A stretch of 64,000 bases of DNA from Octopus vulgaris. Taxonomy: Eukaryota. The translations under genes and the position numbers were made by a program. Below, one piece after another: positions 41,146-54,900 of this stretch (position 1 is its first letter; the number at the start of each line of letters is the position of its first letter). Below the pieces are notes generated by a model. It saw only the letters and a program-made list of their open reading frames with translations, was not told the DNA's origin and did no database searches. The stretch is from positions 744,001 through 808,000 of the forward strand of contig OX597835.1 in the NCBI GenBank assembly GCA_951406725.2, written 5' to 3'.

Positions 41146-42330
41146 CAGCAATAAAACTGATGTTTACAATAATGATATTGGTGATGTTGTTTATGATTGT
41201 AATGACCATTGTGATGATGATGACGACGACGACGACGAGTGATGATGATGATGATGATGATGCTGTTCATTAGAATGATGTGTTTGATGATGATGATGTA
41301 TATTATGATGACATTCACTGTAATGATATTTATGAAGATGTTAATCAAAAAAAGCTGATAATGAAGCAGATAATGAGCATATAGGCGCAGGAGTGGCTGT
41401 GTGGTAAGTAGCTTGCTTACCAACCACATGGTTCCGGGTTCATTCCCACTGCGTGGCACCTTGAGCAAGTGTCATCTACTATAGCCTCAGGCCAACCAAG
41501 GCCTTGCGAGTGGATTTGGTAGATAGAAACTGAAAGAAGCCCGTCGTATATATGTATGTATATATATATATATGTGTGTGTGTATATGTTTATGTGTTTG
41601 TGTTTGTCCTACCCCACCAACATCACTTGACAACCAATGGTGGTGTGTTTATGTCCCCATAACTTAGCGGTTCGGCAAAAGAGACCGATAGAATAAGTAC
41701 AAAGTTTACAAAGAATAAGTTCTGGGGTCGATTTGCTCAACTAAAGGCGGTGCTCCAGCACGGCCACAGTCAAATGACTGAAACAAGTAAAAGAGTATAT
41801 GATGATTATGCCGATGACGTCAACAACAATGGCAACAAGGATGATGATAATGAAGAGGAGGGAGGAGGAAGATGATAATGGTAAAGATTATCGTTATCAA
41901 TATTTTGAGAAAAACGATGATAATTATGACTGATGAAAGGGATATGAAATGCCGGCGTGGGGGGCGGGGATGAAATGAGGGTACTTACCAATACTTTACC
42001 AACTGAAGTGTTGATTATGTCATTTTCATTAATGGAAAATGTGTAAATCAGGTGATCAAATACAGGTACATAGCTATTCACAGGGATTATTGTGATATTG
42101 ATGCCAGTCGTGGCAGTCTGTGAAGGATAAGAAAACAAGAAAAGGAAATGGTAAGAATATAAAAGAATATGATATGGAATAAGAATACAATAGAATACAA
42201 GCATGATATATATATGATAGACAAATACATGATACGAATTGAAATAATAATAAATGGTTTACAAATATGATGTAGCATTATTCAGCCATGAGGTTCTCCT
42301 TTAAAGATGTGCTCTATGCAAAACTTCAGC

Positions 42331-42369
<39 letters not shown>

Positions 42370-45300
42370 ACACACATACACACACACACACACACCACAC
42401 ACTCTCCCTTTCATGTGAAACTGAGGAACAGAAGATAACTATGAGGTTTGGCTGAAAAGTTCATAGGCTGACCAAGATGCTCCTATGGAATGTGACCAAA
42501 TGAGGTTTATTGTTCAACAAGTGCCCCTTGCGGTCCACACACTTCTTCCATCGGTGCAGCAGTGCTTGGATAACCATTGGTGAAGAAGTTTCTATCCTGT
42601 TGGTTAAAAAAAGTCATCAACAGCAGACATGACACCATCATCAATACACTATTACTTCCTAGCTGAGTGATTTTTCATGTTGGTAGTCAAATGGGGCCAA
42701 ATCAGAATAGGGAGCATGACCAATCAGTTGGAAACCAGTCACACACAGCAGCCATTGAAAGCAAGGACTTGTGCGCTGGAGCATTGTCCTGATGAAACAA
42801 GACCCTTTACATCAGTTTTTCTGAGCATTTGGTCACAATAGCCTCTTGTAACTACTTCAACAAGCTGGTATAGTACTCTCTGTTGATGGTGTAGACCTTT
42901 TGAAGATAGTCAATAAACACAATGCCTTTTGCATCCCCAAAAACGAGGCCATCACCTTCCCTGCTAATGAAACAGCTTTGGTCTTCTTTGGAGCAGATGA
43001 GGAGGGGGTGTTTCTTCTGCAGGGATTGTCTTTTTGTCTCTAGCACAAAGTGATGAACCCAACACTCATTCCGGGTAAGAAAATATACAAAGAAACTAGC
43101 TGGATCTGCCTCATTCAATGTCAGATTTTCCAGTGATGTAATCTACCTCATGCACTTTTGATCAGGTGTTAGAAACCTTTATCATGCTAAGTTCATTGTA
43201 CTGAATATTTTCAACTTTCTCACAAGATATGCAATTAGCATTGGTTATTTGATATATGTTCCCCTCCTAAATTTAACTGCCCACTTTTGCCCACATTGAT
43301 AAAACTGGAAAGTCATCCCCTAATGTAACAACCATGTCAGCATGGATGTCGTTGGGGGTTAAACTTTTTTTCTCCAGGTATTTGATGACACCATGATGCT
43401 AAATTTTGTCCATTTTTAAGAGAAGTCACTACTAGTTCCTTTAGAAATCATTTTTGAACAATCAGGTGTCAGTTTACCTGGAAAGAAACAATGCAGTCAT
43501 TAATAAGAAAAATTACAATTAATGGAAGATTGCACAGCTCCAGCATCCCTCCTTTATAATCAGCATCAGTGCCACAACCTCAGCCTACAAACGTTTTCAC
43601 CTATCCTCATTTATACCAATCATTAACAAACAAACTTTTCAAAGTAGTCACTTTTGAGACTCCCAGTGCCTTCAGCCCTGGAATTGTTGCTCTCTTCTGC
43701 TAGATTAGGATACAGGTGTTATGTCTGAAGAAAGAACCAAGAGAACTGGAATGGCTGATGCAGTGGAAATCTCTGGTTGTTGTTTGAATCCAAACTTATG
43801 CCATCTTGTTCTCCACCATGGGATGAAGATAAGTTGTTCAACAGAAAGGCTGGAGTACATTTGTTTTTTTGTTTTTGTGTGTTTCTATGCTTTTTCTGTG
43901 AGCCTGTACGGAATAAAATATTGCTTTTATCTATACTAATTTCATGTACTGAATAAAATATTGCTTTTATCTATACTAATTTCATGTACTGAATAAAATA
44001 TTGCTTTTATCTATACTAATTTCATGTACTGAATAAAATATTGCTTTTATCTATACTAATTTCATGTATGAATAGAATATTGCTTTTATCTATACTAATT
44101 TCATGTACGGAATAAAATATTGCTTTTATCTATACTAATTTCATGTACTGAATAAAATATTGCTTTTATCTATACTAATTTCATGTATGAATAGAATATT
44201 GCTTTTATCTATACTAATTTCATGTATGAATAAAATATTGCTTTTATCTATACTAATTTCATGTACTGAATAAAATATTGCTTTTATCTATACTAATTTC
44301 ATGTATGAATAGAATATTGCTTTTATCTATACTAATTTCATGTATGAATAAAATATTGCTTTTATCTATACTAATTTCATGTACTGAATAAAATATTGCT
44401 TTTATCTATACTAATTTCATGTATGAATAGAATATTGCTTTTATCTATACTAATTTCATGTATGAATAAAATATTGCTTTTATCTATACTAATTTCATGT
44501 ATGAATAAAATATTGCTTTTATCTATACTAATTTCATGTATGAATAGAATATTGCTTTTATCTATACTAATTTCATGTATGAATAAAATATTGCTTTTAT
44601 CTATACTAATTTCATGTACTGAATAAAATATTGCTTTTATCTATACTAATTTCATGTATGAATAGAATATTGCTTTTATCTATACTAATTTCATGTATGA
44701 ATAAAATATTGCTTTTATCTATACTAATTTCATGTATGAATAAAATATTGCTTTTATCTATACTAATTTCATGTATGAATAGAATATTGCTTTTATCTAT
44801 ACTAATTTCATGTATGAATAAAATATTGCTTTTATCTATACTAATTTCATGTACTGAATAAAATATTGCTTTTATCTATACTAATTTCATGTATGAATAG
44901 AATATTGCTTTTATCTATACTAATTTCATGTATGAATAAAATATTGCTTTTATCTATACTAATTTCATGTACTGAATAAAATATTGCTTTTATCTATACT
45001 AATTTCATGTATGAATAGAATATTGCTTTTATCTATACTAATTTCATGTATGAATAAAATATTGCTTTTATCTATACTAATTTCATGTATGAATAAAATA
45101 TTGCTTTTATCTATACTAATTTCATGTATGAATAGAATATTGCTTTTATCTATACTAATTTCATGTATGAATAAAATATTGCTTTTATCTATACTAATTT
45201 CATGTACTGAATAAAATATTGCTTTTATCTATACTAATTTCATGTATGAATAGAATATTGCTTTTATCTATACTAATTTCATGTATGAATAAAATATTGC

Positions 45301-45890
45301 TTTTATCTATACTAATTTCATGTATGAATAAAATATTGCTTTTATCTATACTAATTTCATGTATGAATAAAATATTCAAGTACAATGTAAATATGTGATA
45401 GAATACAAAAAAAAAAACAATAGAATATAATACTATATGATAATAGAGCGAAACAGGATATAAAATAATATTAAACACTCAAGGCCCTTTGATTCCAGGT
45501 TTTGTCTCCATACCTGGAATTTCTTCTCTAATATTCCTAAAGATTCTGTGATAAGAGCAAGGTCATCAGTATTTAGCAGTTTCCATGGACACCCAGTCTT
45601 GAATTCCTCTGTTATGGCCTGGAGGACAATAATGAATAAGAGCAGGCTTTCTGCCACAACTATCCGTTACACCCCTCTCAGTGCCTGGTAAAGGTCTTTG
45701 TCAGGGTTATTCCAAACAGTGCAAAACCATAGCTTGCTTCTCAACAGCCAGAGTAGTTGGGGTTCACACCAAAAATTCAACCACTGACTGGTTCTCTGAG
45801 AGCTCATTCAACACAGATAAGATTTAGTAAAAAGAAACTGAGAAAACCCAGTTGTATATAAATGCTTGCTTGTTTGTGTTTGTGTGTGTG

Positions 45891-45929
<39 letters not shown>

Positions 45930-48900
45930 ATTTGTGTTTCCTTGTCTTGACATCACCTGATAGTTGTATGTGAGTGTCATTATCACACACAAAGTGTTAT
46001 TTATTTCAAGTCTTCCATAAAACATGTCCGGCTAAAGAGAAATATTACCTTACTCCGAAACAGGAAGGGTTTCTAACTATAGAAAACCAGACTTAATAAG
46101 ATTCATCCTATTCATTTAAGCATGAAAAAGTGGAAATTAAAATAATGACACACACACACACACACACACACACATATTTGAAATATTCTGCTTGAATAAA
46201 TAGTAGAAAAAATTTCAAAAACTTACTTCAGTGTTATCTGATACGGTTATGCTGACATATATAGAATTCAAGGTGGATTCATTGAGCCATTTCTTCAGTC
46301 TTAAGACATGACTGACCCTAAGTGATACATCAATATATACTTATTAGATCACAGCTGATTTGTGGAAAAACAACAATAGGCACGACACCACTCGGTACTC
46401 AAAACAAATCACAACATAATACACTATACTATGATACTTCATACCTGTACTACATATATGTATCAAAAAGTACTGAGAAGCACTGAGCCACTGTTTTTTT
46501 TTGTTATTTCCTTTACTAAACAATGCTAAACGATTGATCCATGGAGCCTCTATGTAGTCATTTGACTTGCTAGCTAGAAATAGCTACCAAAACTTCTTTG
46601 AATCATCAATTTACAGTATTAAAACAGGAAAGAACATTGGATAGTGTAGTCCTGGATTCAAGATTTCTCAATAAAAGTTGGGATGGTCACAGCAGGGATA
46701 TTGTTGATAAAAAACACCATCCGAGCGTGGCCGTCTGCCAGCCTCGTCTGGCACCTGTGTCGGTGGCACATAAAATCACCCACTACACTCTCGGAGTGGT
46801 TGGCGTTAGGAAGGGCATCCAGCTGTAGAAACACTGCCACATCTGACTGGCCTGGTGCAGCCTTCGGGCTTCCCAGACCCCAGTTGAACCGTCCAACCCA
46901 TGCTAGCATGGAAAGCGGACGTTAAACGATGATGATGATGATGAAGTTCACATGTAGTCGTTCAGCTCTTTGGCAGGATCTCCAAAGGATTGCTCGACCA
47001 GCTGGTGGCAAATAGCTACTAAATCTCCTTCAGATCACACTCTACCATTGTAAAGCTGAAGAACCTATAGAACAATGTAGTTCTAGTTATAATGGTCTAA
47101 AATGAAACGGGACGGTCACAGATGGAACATTATTGATCATATTTAATTAGGTCTGCTCTCAGGATTGCACAACAACAATAACAACTCGTGAGAAAAATGG
47201 AGGAGTCTTTGCATGGCCACTCCTAGAAATAGTAACAATCACCTTCAAATCACAACTTAACATCTATAATAATAAACACGAAATTCTACCCATCCGTCCG
47301 GGACCCCTGAATCTTAGTCTACATTTGCTCTATAAAGACATATTATACCTTTTTGGAATCAGGATTATCCTGGGATTGAAAATTTGCCCTTCATTTGGTT
47401 CTAGAATATCCAGCATTGGGATCAGACCTGGATGAGTATTTGTTATATACTAACAGTTGAAAACTCAAATTTTAAAAGAACTCCAAAAATTTGTGAACGC
47501 ACAAGTTTTTCATTTATCATATTGGTAGGGTAATACCTTATTGGTAAATACTTTATTATTATTGCTCTCTATAGTTTGGGGCCACAGACCCAATTAGCCC
47601 CCTGCAGGAGTTAACTTAAAAGTTTGCATAGAGTGCAGCTTTTAATCTAGTCTTAATTAAAGAAGGATACGTTTGTTGATGTAGTCTCTGATATTCTAAA
47701 TGGTGGGATGATCACAGCTGAACACCATTGGTCATAGGTCCATAGAATCAGGGCTGACCTGGGGCTAAACAAGAACAATAACAATTTTGCTTGATTAATC
47801 TTTATATTTTATATCTTTTCATTTGTCTTGCTCGCTTACATTCTGGTGCTTGCTCAATTTTCTTGAGAACAATCCTTTCTTAGTGGTAAGACCATAGGTG
47901 GTCTACTTCTAGCAAAATGGATGTCCACTTAGTTGTCATCCCTCTTATATGTATGTAATATAATTTTTCTGACTTTTCAGTTTTCTAGACCACTGGTTTT
48001 AAATTGATATTAATCAAACTAATATTTAATTTTTTCACCCTTATTATTTTAAATATATATGTATACATATATATGTATACATACATATATATATATATAT
48101 ATATATTATATTAAATTAGAGATAAAACCACTATTAGGCAAATCAAACAGTGAAAAACATAAGCCAAAACATAAAATTAATTTAAAAATATAAAAGTTAA
48201 AAATAAAAAATTATCTAAATAATTTAAACTTATAAATTTTATATATATATACAAATATATATATATATATGTATGTATGTATATTTTTATATTTATATAT
48301 TATTTTATTTATTTATTAATTAATTAATTAATTTTTTTTTTATATATATATCAAAAGTATTAAAAGTTTAATAAAAGATAAAGAGTAAAACACTACGATC
48401 GTTTCATGGCTGTACCAATTCAAATAGCAATAATTTAAATTCAATTAATAATTTGAGTTATGGTTACAGTCAATCTTCAGGTTAATTGAAATATTTAAAA
48501 AATAATCAGAAATATTTAAATTCTATTACCAAACTAGAAACTTAAAACTTAACAATTATGATTATATCAAAATCAATTATCATGTTAAATATTAATTTTA
48601 ATTTATAAGGTAGGAAACCCACCAATAATTTAATATCTGTAGTAGTCTATATCTAATTACATAAATATAAAAAAAAAAAATAATAACTATTATATATAAA
48701 TTATCAATGAAAATATATAAATGTATATAAATATTATAATTAAGATCTAAAATAATCTCTATAAATAAATATATATGCACATATAATAAAAACCTAATAA
48801 ATTAATTTTTCAACCACGATCGGTTGCTGCTTTTACATGTTACCGACACGGACGCCAGTCAGGTGGCGCTTGCATCTGCCACGTTTGGACGGTGCTTTTA

Positions 48901-51900
48901 ACGTGTCACCGGCACGGGTATCTTAATAACAATTTCCATTTGATTTTATATATATATATATATATATGTTCCATATATGACCATCCCATTGTATTGTTCT
49001 TTCTTGGTGTATTTAGGACCACATTATCCAATGTGACCTCATTTTTTAAAGATGTTAAAGTGTTTTTGAGAGGGTTTGGCTGCTGTTTCTACCATATCAT
49101 AAAAGATAATTATTGAGACAATGATAACGTAATCAACATGAATTTGAATTTACATTAAAACAGTAAATATACTAACTTGTCAGGTGAAGGCACTATGTCA
49201 AAATAGTCTGCAGTAGACACTACCTGGAATGTCAGCTTATCATCATCTGGGTCTGTGGCCTGTAAAAAGACATAATCACTATTATTATCAGCATTAAATT
49301 TACTGTTTGATATCGATTTTTACTACTCAATATTGAAATCCTTCCTCTTGATTTGGCTAAGCAAGTCTCAAGAATCACGTTGACATCAGAGGTGTCATGA
49401 AGACAAGGAAGTTACTTCTGTTTCATGATGATTCCTTCTTGGTAAAAGTGACACATCTGACAGATCCATTGGGAGTTGTGGACGGTGTTGGCTCTTCAAG
49501 CCAGATGCTCTAAGAAAATGTTCACACCCTCACAATGCAACCCCTTTACAGAGACAATGCTTTGGCAATCTCAAACCATGAATGGCCACACTATGGAGAT
49601 AACCTTAAGAAGAACCTGATTAGCATTTTCAAAGAATTTGGTTTAACTAGAACAGTTACAACCAACTTAACAAGGGTCAACATCCTGGATGTTATCTTAG
49701 ACCTTGAGATGGGCAAATGCTACTCCAACAAAAACATCAAGTGAGGAAACAGTTTACATTCATAAATATTCCAACCACCCTCAAGCTGTAATCGGAAACC
49801 TGATCACATGTATCAGTAGAAAGAATGTCCAATGTATTGTCAGGTGGAGAGATCTTTAACAGGGCTGCATCACATTACAACAAGGTTGCAGGGATAAGTG
49901 GTTTTACTGACAGACTAATACACACTGAGAAACCGACATTAGAAAAGAGTTAGAAAAATAAATGTTATCTAGTTTATACGAGATACCATTTAGTTATCTA
50001 GTATAAACTATATACTATATAGCATTATAGATAATCCTCCATACAGCCTAGATATTTCAACCAAAATGGTCAGGAGATTCCTGACCTTAGTTAGACAACA
50101 TTTCCCATTTCCATAATGCTAAGGTGAGCTATTCATGTTTTCACAACATTGCTTTAAATATCAGGTCCCTGCAACAGAAGCAAACATGCATCAACACGCC
50201 TTAGCTGGCCAAAACTTGCTGAAATCATAAACAACTGGCAAATAGGTAATTCATGCTTCTCAAAAGCCATGGTCTATAAAACAACTCTCCACACCACCTG
50301 ATGTTATTACAAGACATAGCTTAGGTATGATAGCTGATGTCTTCAAGGTGAAATGATTGCATCAAATGCATTCCTTCAGCAATTCCTGACAGCAAAAACT
50401 CCACCTCCTTGTTCTGCTTCATCCAAAGATTCCATGACAACCTTATTCACCCAGGGCTCACAATTGCCAACTCTACCTCTGAGAAAGGCTGCACATATTC
50501 AAACAACCTGTACGACCTATTAATAGAAGGCTTACATTTTATATTGCTATAAAAGATGAGCATTTTTGATGTATTTCGAACCATTGACACTGTCCAGTAA
50601 TGCCGACATACACCCTAGACCAGTCTTATATTATGCTTGTTGTCCACACAAAGATTATTACACCCCAGTCCTCAATGATCCAGCAGACTTGCCACCCATG
50701 TCTATGCCAAGCATCACACACTGATGACTAAGTAGTATTCATCTGTTGTCATTACATCCAGGCTGAGGGTGTCTTGGCATCACTCACCAAGTCCTTTGTG
50801 AGCTGCTCTCTGGCTATCTATCTGCGGCTTTATATAGCTATGGTAAGACCTCACCTGGAATTTGCATCACCAGTCTGGAACCCCTATCTTGCCTAGGATA
50901 TTAATTGTCTGGAAGATGTTCAGTGATGTGCAACCAAGAGAAAACCCTCCATCAGGCATTTGCCATATTCTGAATGCCTTACTTCCTTGGGCACGGATAC
51001 ATTGAAACTCCGACGTCTGGCAGCTGACTTGGCAGACACCCATAAAATTATTAACCATCTTACTAACAAGAACTCTGAGCACCTTTTCAAACTCCACCCA
51101 TCTAACACCCGTGGACATATTTACTAAGTCAGAAAACAGCACAGCTCCCATGACTTTAGGAAACATTTTTTCTCGCTGAGAGTTGCTGAAGCATGGAACA
51201 AACTGCCGGCATCAGTTGTTATTTGTTGGAGCACTGCATCCTTCAAAACTTCCATGCTTCCTGAGATTCGCCAACACTACACCTGATTTTCTCCCCTCCA
51301 TACACACGCAAGCTTGTATCTGACTCATACACTGTTCGCTTTCCAGACATTTGTACATTACTGCAGATGCTTTATATGCACTTTTGACAAGTTGTGGTGC
51401 ACCTGAGCACTGTATACAATAAGTTCATCATTATTAGTATTATTATATGTGACTATAACTGAGCATCAGGCATCAAACTCTCTCTTTAATGCAGAATCCA
51501 CTCCTAACCAGTGATGTTGCTGATGCATCAAATACTGCATTTTGATAACTAATTGACATTAATATCCCGGTGAGGTGTTAGATATGTTGTCACTGACTTA
51601 TCACTACAATAATGTGACCTGAACTGACTGAAGACATTTCGTTTATCATCACTTTACTTCTGAATGTCCAAGGAGCTGACTGTGCCTTCATGTCCATGAG
51701 ACCTTAGGAAACGTGAGGGGCTAAGCCAGCCTGTTAATCAACATGCAAACGTGAGGGGCTAAGCCAGCCTGTTAATCAACATGCAAACACGAGGGGCTAA
51801 GCCAGCCTGTTAATCAACATGCAAACATGAGGGGCTAAGCCAGCCTGTTAATCAACATGCAAACGTGAGGGGCTAAGCCAGCCTGTTAATCAACATGCAA

Positions 51901-54900
51901 ACATGAGGGGCTAAGCCAGCCTGTTAATCAACATGCAAACATGAGGGGCTAAGCCAGCCTGTTAATCAACATGCAAACGTGAGGGGCTAAGCCAGCCTGT
52001 TAATCAACATGCAAACACGAGGGGCTAAGCCAGCCTGTTAATCAACATGCAAACACGAGGGGCTAAGCCAGCCTGTTAATCAACATGCAAACGTGAGGGG
52101 CTAAGCCAGCCTGTTAATCAACATGCAAACATGAGGGGCTAAGCCAGCCTGTTAATCAACATGCAAACATGAGGGGCTAAGCCAGCCTGTTAATCAACAT
52201 GCAAACATGAGGGGCTAAGCTAGCCTGTTAATCAACATGCAAACACGAGGGGCTAAGCCAGCCTGTTAATCAACATGCAAACACGAGGGGCTAAGCCAGC
52301 CTGTTAATCAACATGCAAACATGAGGGGCTAAGCCAGCCTGTTAATCAACATGCAAACATGAGGGGCTAATTAGCCAGCCTGTTAATCAACATGCAAACA
52401 TGAGGGGCTAAGCCAGCCTGTTAATCAACATGCAAACATGAGGGGCTAATTAGCCAGCCTGTTAATCAACATGCAAACATGAGGGGCTAAGCCAGCCTGT
52501 TAATCAACATGCAAACATGAGGGGCTAAGCCAGCCTGTTAATCAACATGCAAACATGAGGGGCTAAGCCAGCCTGTTAATCAACATGCAAACACGAGGGC
52601 TAAGCCAGCCTGTTAATCAACATGCAAACATGAGGGCTAAGCCAGCCTGTTAATCAACATGCAAACATGAGGGGCTAAGCCAGCCTGTTAATCAACATGC
52701 AAACATGAGGGGCTAATTAGCCAGCCTGTTAATCAACATGCAAACATGAGGGGCTAAGCCAGCCTGTTAATCAACATGCAAACATGAGGGGCTAATTAGC
52801 CAGCCTGTTAATCAACATGCAAACATGAGGGCTAAGCCAGCCTGTTAATCAACATGCAAACATGAGGGGCTAAGCCAGCCTGTTAATCAACATGCAAACA
52901 TGAGGGGCTAAGCCAGCCTGTTAATCAACATGCAAACATGAGGGGCTAATTAGCCAGCCTGTTAATCAACATGCAAACATGAGGGGCTAAGCCAGCCTGT
53001 TAATCAACATGCAAACATGAGGGGCTAATTAGCCAGCCTGTTAATCAACATGCAAACATGAGGGGCTAAGCCAGCCTGTTAATCAACATGCAAACATGAG
53101 GGGCTAAGCCAGCCTGTTAATCAACATGCAAACATGAGGGGCTAAGCCAGCCTGTTAATCAACATGCAAACATGAGGGGCTAATTAGCCAGCCTGTTAAT
53201 CAACATGCAAACATGAAGGGCTAAGCCAGCCTGTTAATCAACATGCAAACATGAGGGGCTAATTAGCCAGCCTGTTAATCAACATGCAAACACGAGGGGC
53301 TAAGCCAGCCTGTTAATCAACATGCAAACATGAGGGGCTAAGCCAGCCTGTTAATCAACATGTAAACGTGAGGGGCTAAGCCAGCCTGTTAATCAACATG
53401 CAAACATGAGGGGCTAAGCCAGCCTGTTAATCAACATGCAAACATGAGGGGCTAATTAGCCAGCCTGTTAATCAACATGCAAACACATATATTTATGTAT
53501 GGGTATTCATGTGCATATGTTTCTTTCAGTGGTGTGTGTCTGGGAAAGAGTAAAAATTTGTACTCTTTGGGCAAAGTCCAGTGGTTTGCAGAGAATCCCT
53601 TGTAACTCACTCTCAGAAATGGGTTCACTGAAAACCTGAAACCCAAAGAGAAAGGAAAAGAGAAGTTTCGTTCAAGTTCTATGCTTCCATTTTAAAATGT
53701 GATGAACATATTTGGAAAACTTATCCATAGATAAAATTAGAATTTATATCATAGATACAAAAGCATGAGAATTAAGAAATGGATGATGTCAATTATATCA
53801 ATCCCAAGCATCTAAATTGTACTTGTTTTATAAACTCGAGGAAGAATGAGTAGCAAAATTGGCCTGGGTGGAAACTGAACTTGGAACATAAACTGGTATT
53901 TTGTTTGCTGCTCCACAATACAAAATATGTATATGCATATGAAAAGAGGTATTTTGTCCGTTGTCAATCCTATACTGAATATGTCAAAAGAGAGGAGAAG
54001 GTCATGGTTGGAATGCCAGTTTTAAAGGGGGAATAAAGTGAAAGAAGTCATTTCATCGTTTTAAGCTCTAATTTCATAGCTTCATCTAGCTGTGAGATAA
54101 ATCAATACCTTGACAAAATGCAGTTTAGTCCAAGGTCAACTTCCATCAAGCAAATCTATGATATAAGGTGTTGCAACCGTAACCATTCCTTCTTATTGTA
54201 TATTAATCCTTTAGCATTTAAACCGGCCATATCTGGCCAAAATAATCTACCGGTTTTATCTTCAAACTGGCCAGATCCAAATTCTTACATTTACCCTACA
54301 ATATTATTCTAATCAAAGAAATAAATATTCTAATCATAAACAATCACATCATTGATATCTCAAAGCTATCAGGTAAATGCATGATTAATTCAAACCAATG
54401 TGAATAAATAAGCATTTCATTTGGCAGAGAAATATGAATGCTAAAGGGTTAAAGATTACACTGTTCAATGCACGTGTAAGTATGTACAGAGTAATTTGAG
54501 GGAGATTTGGTGGCTGTTTCCAGCAAATCAAGTTATTACATACAAGCTTCATTTTAGCTTGTCAATTGCTGTTTTGACTGAAGCCAACCTTGATTAAACT
54601 AACTTGTGACTGAATTCTGAAGAGCAGAGGTCATTGGTATGACAGCAGAAAAGGCAAAGAGACGGAAATGCATGTTTCTAAATCAGAAAATAGAGCGTGT
54701 CTGTAACTGACTTTATGCCAATCAAATGAGTAGCCTTTTCTTGGATTTGATCTTGGATATCTCTGCATAACAGCTGCACTGTCTCAGATGTGGGGAGCTT
54801 CACTTCACTGTTGGCTTCTCCTCAGCTTTGTAGGTGGTGGCTAGTAAGATGAAATTAAAGCGCTACACTTACCAATATTGTTGTTAATATAGTTTCAGGT

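Noticed and set aside
41383-41460. tRNA genes at the SINE heads (also 13377, 35753, 40238)
   Set aside because: They have A/B boxes but continue into SINE bodies, and I could not fold a full cloverleaf.
44396-45478. Repeated ORFs [12 protein letters not shown]
   Set aside because: They are translations of the 39-bp minisatellite, broken by the 40-bp variants.
51709-53485. CRISPR-like array (38-bp period)
   Set aside because: The units are contiguous and near-identical with no unique spacers, there are no cas genes, and the context is a eukaryotic intron.
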